64,000 nucleotides of DNA, from assembly GCA_964453605.1 (NCBI GenBank), contig CAYVOI010000001.1:484095-548094 (forward strand). The letters are read 5' to 3'. The position numbers and the translations under genes are program-made. Below the pieces are notes generated by a model, which searched no databases, had not been told where the DNA came from, and worked only from the letters and a program-made list of their open reading frames with translations. The DNA comes from an uncultured Gammaproteobacteria bacterium (GTDB lineage: Bacteria; Patescibacteriota; Patescibacteriia; Veblenbacterales; UBA10138). Shown piece by piece: positions 35,024-45,401 of the stretch (its first letter is position 1; every line of letters starts with the position of its first letter).

Positions 35024-36529
35024 ATGCCCACCTGGCCCCTGACCCGCAGGCTCAAGCCTGCTACTATCTACCGGCTCTTTGAAATCGTGCCTGGTTTTTT
35101 GGTGTGGGTAACGCTCGTTGGCGCAGTGCTCATTTCAATTTGGCACCCGCTGTGGGCCATTTACTTCATTATCCTGTTTGATCTCTACTGGCTGCTACGC
35201 GTAATGTACTTGCTAATCTACTTGGTGAGCTCGTGGCGTCGGTACCAGAAAACCATTGCCACCCATTGGACGGAACAGTTAAGCGCCCTACCCAACTGGC
35301 GGCGTATCCACCACCTGGTATTCTTACCAACCTACCGAGAGTCGGTAGACATTCTCCGAGCTTCAGTGCAGTCCCTCACCAAGGTCAGCTACCCCCTAGA
35401 GAACCTCATGGTGGTGCTAGCGGGTGAAGAGCGGGATAAAGAGCACTTCCTAGCCAACGCTAAGCTGATTCAGGAAGAATTTGGCTCCCGGTTTGGGCAC
35501 TTCCTCGTCACGCTGCATCCAGCGGATATTGTAGGTGAAATAGCGGGTAAGGGCTCAAACAACTGTTGGGCTGGCAAGCAAGCTCAAAAGCTTATCGACA
35601 CACTGAGCATACCCTACGAGGACATTATTGTGTCCACCTTTGATGTCGACTCCTGCGCCCACCCCGACTACTTCACCTACCTCACCTATACCTACCTCAC
35701 CGTCCCCGACCCGCTGCACTCGAGCTACCAGCCCGTAGCCCTCTACAGCAACAACGTCTGGGAGTCGCCAGCCATTAACCGTGTGGTGGCAAACTCCACC
35801 ACCTTCTGGCTCCTCACGGACCTCGCACGCCCCGAGCGGCTCTTCACCTTTTCTTCGCACTCTATGCCGTTCAAGGCCCTGACTGATGTGGGGTTTTGGC
35901 AGAACGACATTGTAACTGAAGACTCTCGCATTTTCCTGCAGTGTTTCATCCGCTACAACGGCAACTACCGTGTCACTCCGCTCTTTATTCCTATTTCCAT
36001 GGACACCGTCTACGCTGGCAGCTTCTGGCGCAGCATGGTGAACCAGTACAAGCAGCAGCGCCGCTGGGCCTACGGGGTAGAGAACTTTGCCTACATGGCC
36101 TGGCACTTCTGGCGCTCGAACGAAATTCCCTTCCTCAAGAAGTTTAGGTACCTGTGGAACCAGCTCGAGGGGGTGTACTCGTGGGCCACCGCACCTATGA
36201 TCATACTGCTGCTGGGCTGGTTGCCGCTGCTCTTTGCGGGCAGCGATGTGAAAACAACCCTGCTAGCCTACAACGCCCCGGAGACACTGAGCTGGCTCAT
36301 GCGCTCGGCTATGGTAGGCCTTATCTTCAGCGCGGCGCTCTCGACCATTCTGCTCCCCACCAGACCGCAAGGTCACACCCGCCTATCGTACGTTATGATG
36401 GTCGTGCAGTGGTTCCTCTTTCCGCCCTGCATGATACTCTTTGGAGCCGTGCCAGCCATCGACGCCCAAACTAGGTTGATGCTCGGCAAATACCTAGGGT
36501 TTTGGGTCACTGAGAAAAAGCGAGCCTGA
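35024..36529 (+). CDS. Membrane-embedded family-2 glycosyltransferase, processive synthase-like
   Basis: QQRRWAYG (QxxRW), TEDSR, DVDS. N-terminal and C-terminal TM helices flank the GT-A domain, as in cellulose/chitin-synthase-like enzymes. Confidence 0.6.
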   Translation: MPTWPLTRRLKPATIYRLFEIVPGFLVWVTLVGAVLISIWHPLWAIYFIILFDLYWLLRVMYLLIYLVSSWRRYQKTIATHWTEQLSALPNWRRIHHLVFLPTYRESVDILRASVQSLTKVSYPLENLMVVLAGEERDKEHFLANAKLIQEEFGSRFGHFLVTLHPADIVGEIAGKGSNNCWAGKQAQKLIDTLSIPYEDIIVSTFDVDSCAHPDYFTYLTYTYLTVPDPLHSSYQPVALYSNNVWESPAINRVVANSTTFWLLTDLARPERLFTFSSHSMPFKALTDVGFWQNDIVTEDSRIFLQCFIRYNGNYRVTPLFIPISMDTVYAGSFWRSMVNQYKQQRRWAYGVENFAYMAWHFWRSNEIPFLKKFRYLWNQLEGVYSWATAPMIILLLGWLPLLFAGSDVKTTLLAYNAPETLSWLMRSAMVGLIFSAALSTILLPTRPQGHTRLSYVMMVVQWFLFPPCMILFGAVPAIDAQTRLMLGKYLGFWVTEKKRA

Positions 36530-36580
36530 GTGTGGCACACGAGTTAACGTACCCGGACCTTTTCGGTACTATGTAGGGGT

Positions 36581-38911
36581 ATGCCAGCACCGCGCTTTTC
36601 AGTTATTATTGTTTCCTGGAACGTTTCGACTAAGCTGTCAGCCTGCCTCGACAGCTTGGCCTGTGCCGGCGCCGCTACCTGGGCGGAGGTACTAGTGGTA
36701 GACAATGCTTCTAAGGACGGTAGCGCTGACATGGTCAGGACCCGCTACCCGTGGGTTAAACTTACAGCGCTTACCTACAACGCTGGTTTTGCGGCAGCTT
36801 GCAACCTAGCTGCAAAAGCTGCCACAGCGCCTCACCTGGTACTCCTAAATCCAGACACGGAGGTGGGGGATAAATTTTTCGATACCCTAGCGACAGCCTG
36901 GCAGGCTCATCCGCAAGCGGCGGTCATTGGTGGCAAACTCCTGAATGAAGATGGCACGATACAGCCTTCAGTACGTGGTTTCCCTACGCTCTGGTCATCG
37001 CTGCTTGATTCAGTAAAACTCTTGGGTCGCTTCCCTCAGCTTGCTCCCCGCTACCTTAAAACCACCTTTGATTACAGTAAAGTACAAGCCGTGGAACAGG
37101 TCATGGGTGCTTGTTTTAGTGTTTCGCGCCAGACATGGGATGCCTTCCACGGGCTGGACCAAGGCTACTGGATTTGGTTTGAAGAAGCTGACTTTTGTAA
37201 ACGTGCCCATGACCGTGGTTTAGAAGTGTGGTACGACCCCGAAATTCTGGTCCGACATACACTTGGGGCAAGTTTTCGGCAGCTGGGGTACCTGGAAAAA
37301 CACCAGCGCTTCACCAAAAGCTTACTTCGGTACTTGAGGCTCCACGCCTCACCACTAACGTTCTGCTTGGTTTGGCTTACCTCGCGGCCATGGTTTGTGG
37401 TAGCGTGGCTGCTAGACGTCGCCCGACCAAGGGCTACCCTAGTCACTCCAACGGCATTGGCAGTCTGCTTGGCCTGTTTGGAAGGGCTGTCATGGTGGGG
37501 CTGGCACAGCCCACTCGTCGGGAGCGTAACGGCCCTAGCGGTTACAGTCTTGTGGTTCTCTATAGCAGCACGAAACCTTTCCCTAGGAGTTGCCCTGCTG
37601 GTCCTTGAACTCGTGGTCGGCTCGTTGGGAGGTTTGGTGTACCTAGAACTTGGCGGTGTGCACCTGTCTTTGAGGCAACTTCTGTTTATAGCAGGCCTGA
37701 CCCTCATGGTCTGGCGTTTGGTTACCCGGCAAGATTTTGCCCTCACCCGGTACCCCCGGCTTTTAACCTGGTACACAGCGGCACTCGCGGCCTTGGGGTG
37801 GGGGAGCGTGGTGGCCCTAAGCCTTGGCCGGAGCCCGGCTGATTTTTTCTTGGACCTACAGCGCTACCTCTACATACTCCTTTTTCCATTGTGCTTCGAA
37901 GCTCTGCATGAAAATGAGGGGTTGAAACTTATGCAGCGCGTACTTACCACAGGGCTAGTTTGGCTTGGCATCAAAACTACATCCACACTCTACCTCTTTA
38001 GCCACTTAAACGCCGACCAGCTCATCAGCTACTACCAGTGGTGGCGGCAAACTGGCTTTGGCGAGATAACCTACGTCAGCGGCAACTTCTTCCGTGTATT
38101 TTCTCAAAGCCAGGTATTCGCGGCACTAGGGAGTGCTGCGGGCTTTGCTTGGCTCTGGCGCGACACACAAGCCCGAGTAAGCTGGCAGAAACATATAGCC
38201 GCCTACCTGTTCCTTTGGTTCAGCTTGAGTTTGCTCTTCATGAGTTTCTCTCGGAGTTTTTGGCTGGGTACTGCAGTGGCGTGGGTGGTAGTTCTACTCC
38301 CATCACTGTTCCGACGTGGCGCTAAAGTCACCTCATACCTTAAGTACCTTGCAGTCTCTGCTATACTCACCGCGAGTGCAGTGGGTTTCACGCTTGTGGT
38401 AACACAAGTTCCTTGGCCGCTGCCACCTTTAAGTAGCGCGAACGCTAGCCTACTAGCTGACCGTCTCTCTAAAGGCGAAGCTGCGAGCGCAAGCCGTTTA
38501 GCACTCTTGCCCCCTCTAGGACAGGCGGTCTTAAGCCGCCCGATAGCTGGAAGCGGCTTTGGCGCTACGGTGACGTTCTTAAGCCGCGACCCTAGACTTA
38601 TCCGCAGTACAGCTGGGGGGAGCGGACTAACAACTACCTACTCATTTGAGTGGGGCTACCTCGACCTCTGGCTAAAACTCGGGCTACTGGGCTTAAGCCT
38701 CTACCTGGGGTTCTGGTTATATGGCCTCTGGCCGGCAGCAGCGGGCTGGTGGCAGCGCGAACCCTTTGGTGTTAGCATAACTGCCGCTGCTACTGCACTC
38801 CTCGTCCTGAACCTCACCACGCCGTACCTCAACCATCCCCTAGGCATTGGTGCGCTAATGGCGCTGGTCGCAGCTGCCTGGCAGAGGCCACCAGCCGAAG
38901 CAACCGTATGA
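36581..38911 (+). CDS. Bifunctional-looking protein: N-terminal GT2 glycosyltransferase fused to a large polytopic membrane domain (O-antigen ligase/polymerase-like)
   Basis: FSVIIVSWN...VVDNASKDGS in the GT2 N-terminus. At least 12 TM helices follow over residues 250-776. Confidence 0.6.
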   Translation: MPAPRFSVIIVSWNVSTKLSACLDSLACAGAATWAEVLVVDNASKDGSADMVRTRYPWVKLTALTYNAGFAAACNLAAKAATAPHLVLLNPDTEVGDKFFDTLATAWQAHPQAAVIGGKLLNEDGTIQPSVRGFPTLWSSLLDSVKLLGRFPQLAPRYLKTTFDYSKVQAVEQVMGACFSVSRQTWDAFHGLDQGYWIWFEEADFCKRAHDRGLEVWYDPEILVRHTLGASFRQLGYLEKHQRFTKSLLRYLRLHASPLTFCLVWLTSRPWFVVAWLLDVARPRATLVTPTALAVCLACLEGLSWWGWHSPLVGSVTALAVTVLWFSIAARNLSLGVALLVLELVVGSLGGLVYLELGGVHLSLRQLLFIAGLTLMVWRLVTRQDFALTRYPRLLTWYTAALAALGWGSVVALSLGRSPADFFLDLQRYLYILLFPLCFEALHENEGLKLMQRVLTTGLVWLGIKTTSTLYLFSHLNADQLISYYQWWRQTGFGEITYVSGNFFRVFSQSQVFAALGSAAGFAWLWRDTQARVSWQKHIAAYLFLWFSLSLLFMSFSRSFWLGTAVAWVVVLLPSLFRRGAKVTSYLKYLAVSAILTASAVGFTLVVTQVPWPLPPLSSANASLLADRLSKGEAASASRLALLPPLGQAVLSRPIAGSGFGATVTFLSRDPRLIRSTAGGSGLTTTYSFEWGYLDLWLKLGLLGLSLYLGFWLYGLWPAAAGWWQREPFGVSITAAATALLVLNLTTPYLNHPLGIGALMALVAAAWQRPPAEATV

Positions 38912-39972
38912 CCCCTGAGCGTTTCACTACCACTATCTCACTCGTCACCTACAACGGCTCCCGCTGGCTACCGTTCTGCCTTGAGTCACTGCTTAAGAAT
39001 ACTGACCAAGATTTCTTTCTTATGGTGGTTGATAACGGTTCTATCGATGGGTCAGCTGAGCTAATAGAAAAATATGTCGCTGGAAAGCCTGAACTTACCG
39101 GTAGGTTCAGATTAGTACGTAACAAGCAAAACCTGGGCTTTACTCGCGGGCACAACCAATGCCTAGCTTGGACCCAGAGCGACTACGTGCTGCTCCTCAA
39201 CCAAGACGTAGTGCTTGACCCAGACTACATCAAGGCCTGCCGCCAGGCGTTGGACGAAAACCCCAACGTGGCTGCGGTCTCAGGTAAGCTGCTGAGGTGG
39301 CAATTTGACCCTGCTACGTTTCACCTCGGTGACCTGGCGGCACCTAACCCTAACGCGCGCATTGACTCGGTCGGCCTTACCATACACCGTAGCCGGCGCG
39401 TCACCAACCAAGGCTTTGGTGAAGTAGAGGCCGGACAGTATAACCAAAGCCGTGAAGTCTTTGGGGTAGCTGGTACAGTGCCCTTCTACCGCCGCCAGGC
39501 GCTCGAAGCCGTAAGCCTTGGCACCCAGGTGCTCGACGAGCTTTTTGTCTCCTACAAAGAAGATGTCGACCTAGCTTGGCGCCTCCAGCTCGCTGGCTAC
39601 CAAGCCTGGTACCTGCCTGAAGCGGTAGCCTACCACGACCGGTCTTTAGGCGGCGTGGATAGTGGCTGGTCGTGGCAACTGGTACAGCAGCACCGCCGCT
39701 TCCCCCGCCAGCTCAAAATATACTCCTGGACCAACTACTGGGGCGTACTCCTCAAAAACGACAGCCTCCTCAACGTCGTCCGTGACCTGCCCTGGATTTT
39801 GGTGTACCAGCTCAAAGTGTTTGGTTACCTGCTCCTCTTTGAACCTCGAACGTTGTGGGGGGTTGTCGTACGTACCCTGCGTCTAGCACCAAAGTTTTGG
39901 GCCGAGCGCAAACAACTTAAGCCCACGCGTCACGTGAACCCTCGCACCCTCCGGCATTGGTGGGTACACTAA
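38908..39972 (+). CDS. Family-2 glycosyltransferase
   Basis: ISLVTYNGSRWL...MVVDNGSIDGS and DxD-type acidic motifs. 4-nt overlap with the upstream gene. Confidence 0.7.
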   Translation: MTPERFTTTISLVTYNGSRWLPFCLESLLKNTDQDFFLMVVDNGSIDGSAELIEKYVAGKPELTGRFRLVRNKQNLGFTRGHNQCLAWTQSDYVLLLNQDVVLDPDYIKACRQALDENPNVAAVSGKLLRWQFDPATFHLGDLAAPNPNARIDSVGLTIHRSRRVTNQGFGEVEAGQYNQSREVFGVAGTVPFYRRQALEAVSLGTQVLDELFVSYKEDVDLAWRLQLAGYQAWYLPEAVAYHDRSLGGVDSGWSWQLVQQHRRFPRQLKIYSWTNYWGVLLKNDSLLNVVRDLPWILVYQLKVFGYLLLFEPRTLWGVVVRTLRLAPKFWAERKQLKPTRHVNPRTLRHWWVH

Positions 39973-39976
39973 ACCT

Positions 39977-40786
39977 ATGAAGCTCTCGGTAATCATCCTA
40001 AACTTTCACAGCGCTGGTTTGGTCAAACAGTGTCTGAAGGGATTGTCGTCTGCCAACCTCAAGCTGGACTACGAAATTATCGTGGTAGACAACGCCTCAC
40101 ATGACGGTTGCCTCGAAGCCGTAGCCCGCGACTGGCCGAAGGCACAACGTGTCGCCTTGCCGGTAAACCGAGGCTACGCCGCGGGCAATAACGCCGGGCT
40201 TAGAGCGGCGACGGGCGAATATATTCTCATCCTGAACCCTGACATCGCCGTGCTCCCTGGCGCGCTTGAAACTTTGGTTGAATGTATGGACCAAAACCCG
40301 AACGTTGGCCTGGCCGGCCCGAGGCTGGTAAACCCCGATGGCAGCCTCCAGTACTCAAGCTACCGCTTTCCCCGGGTGTACCTGCCGCTCTTCCGCCGCA
40401 CACCCTTAGGGAAACTCGGCCCCATACACCGCTGGCTCAAACACTACCAAATGGAAGACTGGGACCATCGCTCAAACCGTCCCGTGGACTGGCTCTTAGG
40501 GGCTTGCTTGTTAGCACGCCGGTCTGCCCTGGAGAGGGTGGGCCTGTTAGACGAACGCTATTTTCTCTACGTGGAGGACACCGATTGGTGCCGGAGGTTT
40601 TGGGAGGCAGGCTTTGAGGTGTGGTACGTCAGCAAGGTCGAAATTGTGCACTACCACGAACGTCTTTCAGCCCAAGCAAGTGTGGGCGCTATTTTGAAAC
40701 GTATCACCTGGATCCACATTAGCTCCTGGCTCAAGTACTTCCTCAAGTGGGGCCTCAAAGTACCACACTATGACCAAAACTCATAA
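39977..40786 (+). CDS. Family-2 glycosyltransferase
   Basis: LSVIILNFHS...IVVDNASHDG, ILILNPD, LLDERYFLYVEDTDWC. Confidence 0.75.
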   Translation: MKLSVIILNFHSAGLVKQCLKGLSSANLKLDYEIIVVDNASHDGCLEAVARDWPKAQRVALPVNRGYAAGNNAGLRAATGEYILILNPDIAVLPGALETLVECMDQNPNVGLAGPRLVNPDGSLQYSSYRFPRVYLPLFRRTPLGKLGPIHRWLKHYQMEDWDHRSNRPVDWLLGACLLARRSALERVGLLDERYFLYVEDTDWCRRFWEAGFEVWYVSKVEIVHYHERLSAQASVGAILKRITWIHISSWLKYFLKWGLKVPHYDQNS

Positions 40787-41498
40787 GAGCTACACCATTG
40801 GTTTCGATATCGGCGGCACGTACTTTCGCGCTGTCCTCTGGGACGGCAGGCATATTGTGCATTCTACCGTGCAGAAAACACCACGCTCAAAAACTTCATT
40901 CAAAAGGGCAATCAACCGTGCGATTCTGAAGCTTGCCCCTAAATCCACTGAGTTACACGGCATAGGTATTAGTATTGCAGGCAGACTCCAGGGTACCGTA
41001 TTGCTGGGTAGCCGCAACATTTGGAAATTGAAAAACGTAGACCTGCGCGCCTTGGTGCCTAAAAACCTGAAACTTAAAGCCGACAACGACGCACGAGCTT
41101 TCCTCCGGGGCACACCAGGGTTAACCACGCGCTATAAATCAAAACGACTCCTAGGGATAACCCTCGGCACTGGTATTGGTCGAGCGCTAGCAGTCAACGG
41201 GACAGTGAAAACCATAAAGCGGTTAGAACGAGCCGAGCCTTGGGAAGCCGAGTACCAAAGGCTCCGTTTTAAACCCAGTAATGATTTAGCGCGTTACCTC
41301 TGCACACACTTAAGCCCTATCATTAAGCGCTACCGGGCCAACCTCGTGGTAGTTGGTGGGGGAGTACTAGAACGTAAACCTGGTCTTAAAAAGGCATTCA
41401 AGAGTACCTACCAAAACCTCGGGCTTAAAGCGCGGCTTGCTTACACAAGTCACGACCCGCTCCAGGCGGCCCGCGGTACTGCCTTGCTTATAGCTTAA
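40770..41498 (+). CDS. ROK/BadF-type sugar kinase-like ATPase (ASKHA fold)
   Basis: IGFDIGGTYFRAVL is the phosphate-1 motif, and GITLGTGIG is the phosphate-2 motif. Confidence 0.5.
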   Translation: MTKTHKSYTIGFDIGGTYFRAVLWDGRHIVHSTVQKTPRSKTSFKRAINRAILKLAPKSTELHGIGISIAGRLQGTVLLGSRNIWKLKNVDLRALVPKNLKLKADNDARAFLRGTPGLTTRYKSKRLLGITLGTGIGRALAVNGTVKTIKRLERAEPWEAEYQRLRFKPSNDLARYLCTHLSPIIKRYRANLVVVGGGVLERKPGLKKAFKSTYQNLGLKARLAYTSHDPLQAARGTALLIA

Positions 41499-41500
41499 GT

Positions 41501-42211
41501 ATGGTGTCAGTTGTTATTCCAGCGTACAACGAAGAGGATAATCTGCCTTCATGCCTTGAAGCTTTTCTTAAACAAACCACAAGGGAGCCGTTTGAGGTTA
41601 TTGTTGTTGACAATGCATCCATTGATAAAACAGCTAAGGTTGCGAGCAATTTTAGCACAAAACTGAACCTGAAAATCATCGGCGAACCAGAAAAAGGGCG
41701 CGGTGCAGCGCGTGCTCGAGGCTTTAATGAAGCTCAGGGTGACGTGGTTCTATCAACTGACGCTGACTGTGTAGTACCACCAAATTGGATAGAAGTAATG
41801 GCCCTAGCCCTACGGAGTGACCGCGGCGTAGCGGTTTCAGGGAGCTTTGTGGTTGCGGGGCTACCACCAATAAAAAGCTTTATCTTTAGAGCAATCCAGG
41901 GTGCTGCCATGCGATTCTATCGAGTTTGGTTTCAGCACTGGTGGCTGAATGGGTTCAATTTTGCCATTTATAAGAACGCGTACCAACAGGCCGGCGGTTT
42001 CAAATCTGAACTCAACGCTCAGGAAGACATTGATCTCAGTCTACGTGTTCACAAACTCGGCCGTATTACGTATGTACCGTATTCTAAAGTACTGTTCTCA
42101 AGTAGGAGGTTCCAGGCTGGCCTCTTGAAGGGATTGTACCAGTACCTTAAAACCTTTCAGCAATACTATCTACAGGGCAAGAACGATGTACACCTCGACG
42201 ACCCACGCTAG
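41501..42211 (+). CDS. Family-2 glycosyltransferase
   Basis: VSVVIPAYNEEDNL...VIVVDNASIDKT, STDADCV. Confidence 0.7.
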   Translation: MVSVVIPAYNEEDNLPSCLEAFLKQTTREPFEVIVVDNASIDKTAKVASNFSTKLNLKIIGEPEKGRGAARARGFNEAQGDVVLSTDADCVVPPNWIEVMALALRSDRGVAVSGSFVVAGLPPIKSFIFRAIQGAAMRFYRVWFQHWWLNGFNFAIYKNAYQQAGGFKSELNAQEDIDLSLRVHKLGRITYVPYSKVLFSSRRFQAGLLKGLYQYLKTFQQYYLQGKNDVHLDDPR

Positions 42212-42248
42212 CCTTGATTTTTTACCCTAAGCTCAGTACAGTACCCCT

Positions 42249-43493
42249 ATGCGCCAGTCCAAACTTTTTACCAAAACCTCCCGCGCAGTCTCAGCTGATG
42301 AGGTTTCAGTTAACGCCCGGCTCCTCACCCAAGCCGGCTTCATCGACAAGCAAATGGCTGGGGTCTACAGCTACCTACCCCTGGGGCATTTGGTGTTTCA
42401 GAACATTTTAGGCATTATCCGCGAGGAGATGAACGCCATCGGCGGACAAGAGCTCACCATGACCTCGCTCCAACCTAAGGAACTCTGGGAAACAACCAAA
42501 CGCTGGGACACGCCAGAGCAAATTATGTACAAGTTTGAGGAAAAAGGTAGCAGCCCAGTTGGGCTAGCCTGGACGCATGAGGAAGCTGTGACACAAATCG
42601 CTAAACGGTTCATAAGTTCATACCGCGACCTGCCCCAAGCTGTGTACCAGCTCCAGACTAAGTTTAGGAACGAACCCCGCGCCAAGAGCGGCATCATGCG
42701 CACGCGCGAGTTTGTTATGAAAGACCTGTACAGCTTCCACCGTGACGAAGCTGACCTGGATAGGTACTACGAGCAGGTGAAGGCGGCCTACCTCAAAATT
42801 TTTGAGCGCTGCGGCCTGAAAGCCCTGGCGGTTGAGGCCTCAGGTGGCGCTTTTACCAAGAAATTTAGCCACGAATTCCAAGTGTTGAGTGAGGCTGGCG
42901 AAGACCACGTAGTCTACTGCGGAGCTTGTCATTACGCCCAAAACCGCGAGGTTGCTAAAGGTAAGGTAGGGGAGACCTGCCCGGCCTGTGGCAAAGGGAA
43001 ACTCCAAGAGGGCAAGAGCATAGAGGTGGGGAACATTTTTAAACTCGGCACCAAGTTCTCAGAAGACTTCAAGCTCTACTTCACCGACGAACATGGTAAG
43101 CAACAGCCGGTTATTATGGCGTCCTACGGCATTGGCCCTGGCCGAGTGATGGGTACCATTGTTGAAGTGCACCACGACGAGACTGGTATGGCTTGGCCAA
43201 CATCGGTCGCGCCGTACCAGGTACACCTCGTGCGCCTAGGAACCGAAGGTACGGTTGTCGCACAGGCTGACGAACTTTACGAAACACTCACCAAACGTGG
43301 TGTTACGGTGCTCTACGATGACCGTGATGAATCAGCGGGTACAAAGTTCAAAGACGCCGACCTCATTGGTCTGCCGTGGCGTGCAGTGGTGAGTGCTAAA
43401 ACCAAAGGACAAGTTGAGCTCAAGGCTCGTCTCGAGTCAACCACTAAACTGGTTACTGCCCCTGAACTTCTGAACACGTTTAGTGTTCAGTAA
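42249..43493 (+). CDS. proS: Prolyl-tRNA synthetase, short form without editing insertion
   Basis: Class II motifs (FRNE...R, GIMRTREFVMKDLYSFH), a Zn-binding insertion CGACHYAQ...CPACG, and a C-terminal anticodon-binding domain. Confidence 0.8.
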   Translation: MRQSKLFTKTSRAVSADEVSVNARLLTQAGFIDKQMAGVYSYLPLGHLVFQNILGIIREEMNAIGGQELTMTSLQPKELWETTKRWDTPEQIMYKFEEKGSSPVGLAWTHEEAVTQIAKRFISSYRDLPQAVYQLQTKFRNEPRAKSGIMRTREFVMKDLYSFHRDEADLDRYYEQVKAAYLKIFERCGLKALAVEASGGAFTKKFSHEFQVLSEAGEDHVVYCGACHYAQNREVAKGKVGETCPACGKGKLQEGKSIEVGNIFKLGTKFSEDFKLYFTDEHGKQQPVIMASYGIGPGRVMGTIVEVHHDETGMAWPTSVAPYQVHLVRLGTEGTVVAQADELYETLTKRGVTVLYDDRDESAGTKFKDADLIGLPWRAVVSAKTKGQVELKARLESTTKLVTAPELLNTFSVQ

Positions 43494-43534
43494 AACGCTT
43501 TGACAGCTAAACAGGTGCTCGCTACACTGAGCTT

Positions 43535-44581
43535 ATGTTTGGTCGTCTCTTAGGTAAGTTCTCACGCGACATCGGCATTGATCTCGGCACTGCCAATACT
43601 CTGGTCTTTGTAAAAGACAAGGGCATTGTCATTAATGAACCCTCGGTGGTAGCAGTGAACACACGGACTGACCGTATTGTGGCCGTGGGGCACGACGCTA
43701 AGAAGATGCTTGGTAAAACCCCGGCACACATTGTCGCCTCGAGGCCCCTGGTGGACGGGGTTATTTCTGATTTCGAGGTCGCGGAGAAGATGATAAAGTA
43801 CTTCATTGACCGTGTACACCAGGGCAGCTACGCCATTGCCCCCAAACCCAGAGTTGTTATTGGTATACCCCTAGACGTTACTGAGGTAGAGCGTAAAGCC
43901 GTAGAGGACGCAGCCCTGTCAGCTGGTGCGCGTGAAGTCCTGCTGATTGAAGAACCTATGGCTGCAGCACTCGGGGCCAGGCTACCGGTGAGGGACGCTA
44001 CTGGGCACCTGCTGATAGATATTGGCGGCGGTACCACGGAAATTGCCGTCATCAGCTTAGGCGGTGTGGTACTATCGCGCAGCCTGAGAATAGCCGGCGA
44101 CGAGCTGACGGAGGCTATTGTCCAGTACGCCCGCGACCACTTTAACCTGCTCTTAGGGGAGCGTACGGCTGAAGAAATTAAAATCAAGCTCGGCTCAGCG
44201 GTTGAGCTTGAAAAACCCTTAGAAATGAAGATGCGCGGCCGTGATCTCATGACCGGGCTACCCCACGAGGTGACCGTAACTGACGCTCAAATACGCGAAG
44301 CCATGCAGAAAATTTTGAAACTCATCGTGGAAAACGTCAAAACTACCATCGAGGGCACGCCGCCAGAGCTAGTGGCGGACGTGTATGAACGGGGGCTCTT
44401 ACTTGCCGGTGGTGGTGCGCTGCTTAAGGGGCTCGACCACCTATTGGGGGAGCACCTCAGCGTGCCCGTGCAGGTGGTAGACGACCCGCTCACCGCCGTG
44501 GTACGTGGTACCGGAATTGTGCTGGAAGACGTCGAAGCTGTGCGCGACCTACTGCTGCCATCAACTTCGCCTAATCGCTAG
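43535..44581 (+). CDS. mreB: Rod shape-determining protein MreB (canonical copy, upstream of mreCD-mrdA)
   Basis: IGIDLGTANTLV, DIGGGTTEIAVISLGG, LAGGGALL. Confidence 0.9.
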   Translation: MFGRLLGKFSRDIGIDLGTANTLVFVKDKGIVINEPSVVAVNTRTDRIVAVGHDAKKMLGKTPAHIVASRPLVDGVISDFEVAEKMIKYFIDRVHQGSYAIAPKPRVVIGIPLDVTEVERKAVEDAALSAGAREVLLIEEPMAAALGARLPVRDATGHLLIDIGGGTTEIAVISLGGVVLSRSLRIAGDELTEAIVQYARDHFNLLLGERTAEEIKIKLGSAVELEKPLEMKMRGRDLMTGLPHEVTVTDAQIREAMQKILKLIVENVKTTIEGTPPELVADVYERGLLLAGGGALLKGLDHLLGEHLSVPVQVVDDPLTAVVRGTGIVLEDVEAVRDLLLPSTSPNR

Positions 44582-44584
44582 CGT

Positions 44585-45397
44585 ATGCTCGCGGGCAGGC
44601 GTCGTCGACTGGTCACTAGCCTTGGCCTGGCCGCCCTCGTAGGCGCGCTGGTGCTGGCGCCGGTATGGCGTAGTCTGGAACGGCTCGTGCAACCGTGGGT
44701 GCTAGCGCTCGCCAGCCCACTGTACCGCCTCACCCAGCTCGGCGCTGCCTTGGGCTCGGGGCCACAGCTGGCGCGCGAGAACGAAACCCTGCGCCAAACA
44801 CTCGCCGCTCACCTAAGTGTAGAAACAGAGCTCCAAACCGTGCTGCGCGAAAACCAAGAGCTCAAGGCACTGAACCTGCTACCCCTAAGCGCAACCTATG
44901 ACCACCTGGGGGTAGCGATTACGGGACGGCTACAAGACGAACGTGGTACCAGCTACCTCATTAACCGCGGTTTGGCTGAGGGGCTGACGCCGGGGCTGGC
45001 ACTCGTGGCAGGCTATGGGGTACGAAATGGGAAAACGAGTGCGCTGCTCGTCGGCGTTATCACCCGGGTAGGCCCTAGCACAGCACAGTTCAGCCTAACT
45101 ACCTCAAACCAGAGCCAGGTAGTGGCTGAAGTGGCCAACGCTGCTCGCTCACGGGGTTTGGCAGTCGGGGAGTACAACCTCGGCCTTGAGCTCAGGTTTG
45201 TACCCCTGGCGGACGACCTCAGCGCTGGGCAGAGCGTGGTGACAAGTAACCTGGACAGCCTGATGCCACCCGGGCTCCTGGTTGGCACCATCACCGAAGT
45301 ACAGAAACAAGAGGGTGACTTTTTTCAGACTGCCACGCTCGCACCACCGCTCCCACTCGACAGCTTTCGCTTCCTCGAGGTGCTGAAACCACACTAA
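44585..45397 (+). CDS. mreC: Rod shape-determining protein MreC
   Basis: N-terminal TM plus coiled coil (ENETLRQTLAAHLSVETELQTVLRENQELK), then a beta-rich domain with GLVVG..T-type motifs. Position is between mreB and mreD. Confidence 0.7.
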   Translation: MLAGRRRRLVTSLGLAALVGALVLAPVWRSLERLVQPWVLALASPLYRLTQLGAALGSGPQLARENETLRQTLAAHLSVETELQTVLRENQELKALNLLPLSATYDHLGVAITGRLQDERGTSYLINRGLAEGLTPGLALVAGYGVRNGKTSALLVGVITRVGPSTAQFSLTTSNQSQVVAEVANAARSRGLAVGEYNLGLELRFVPLADDLSAGQSVVTSNLDSLMPPGLLVGTITEVQKQEGDFFQTATLAPPLPLDSFRFLEVLKPH

Positions 45398-45401
45398 CCA
45401 A

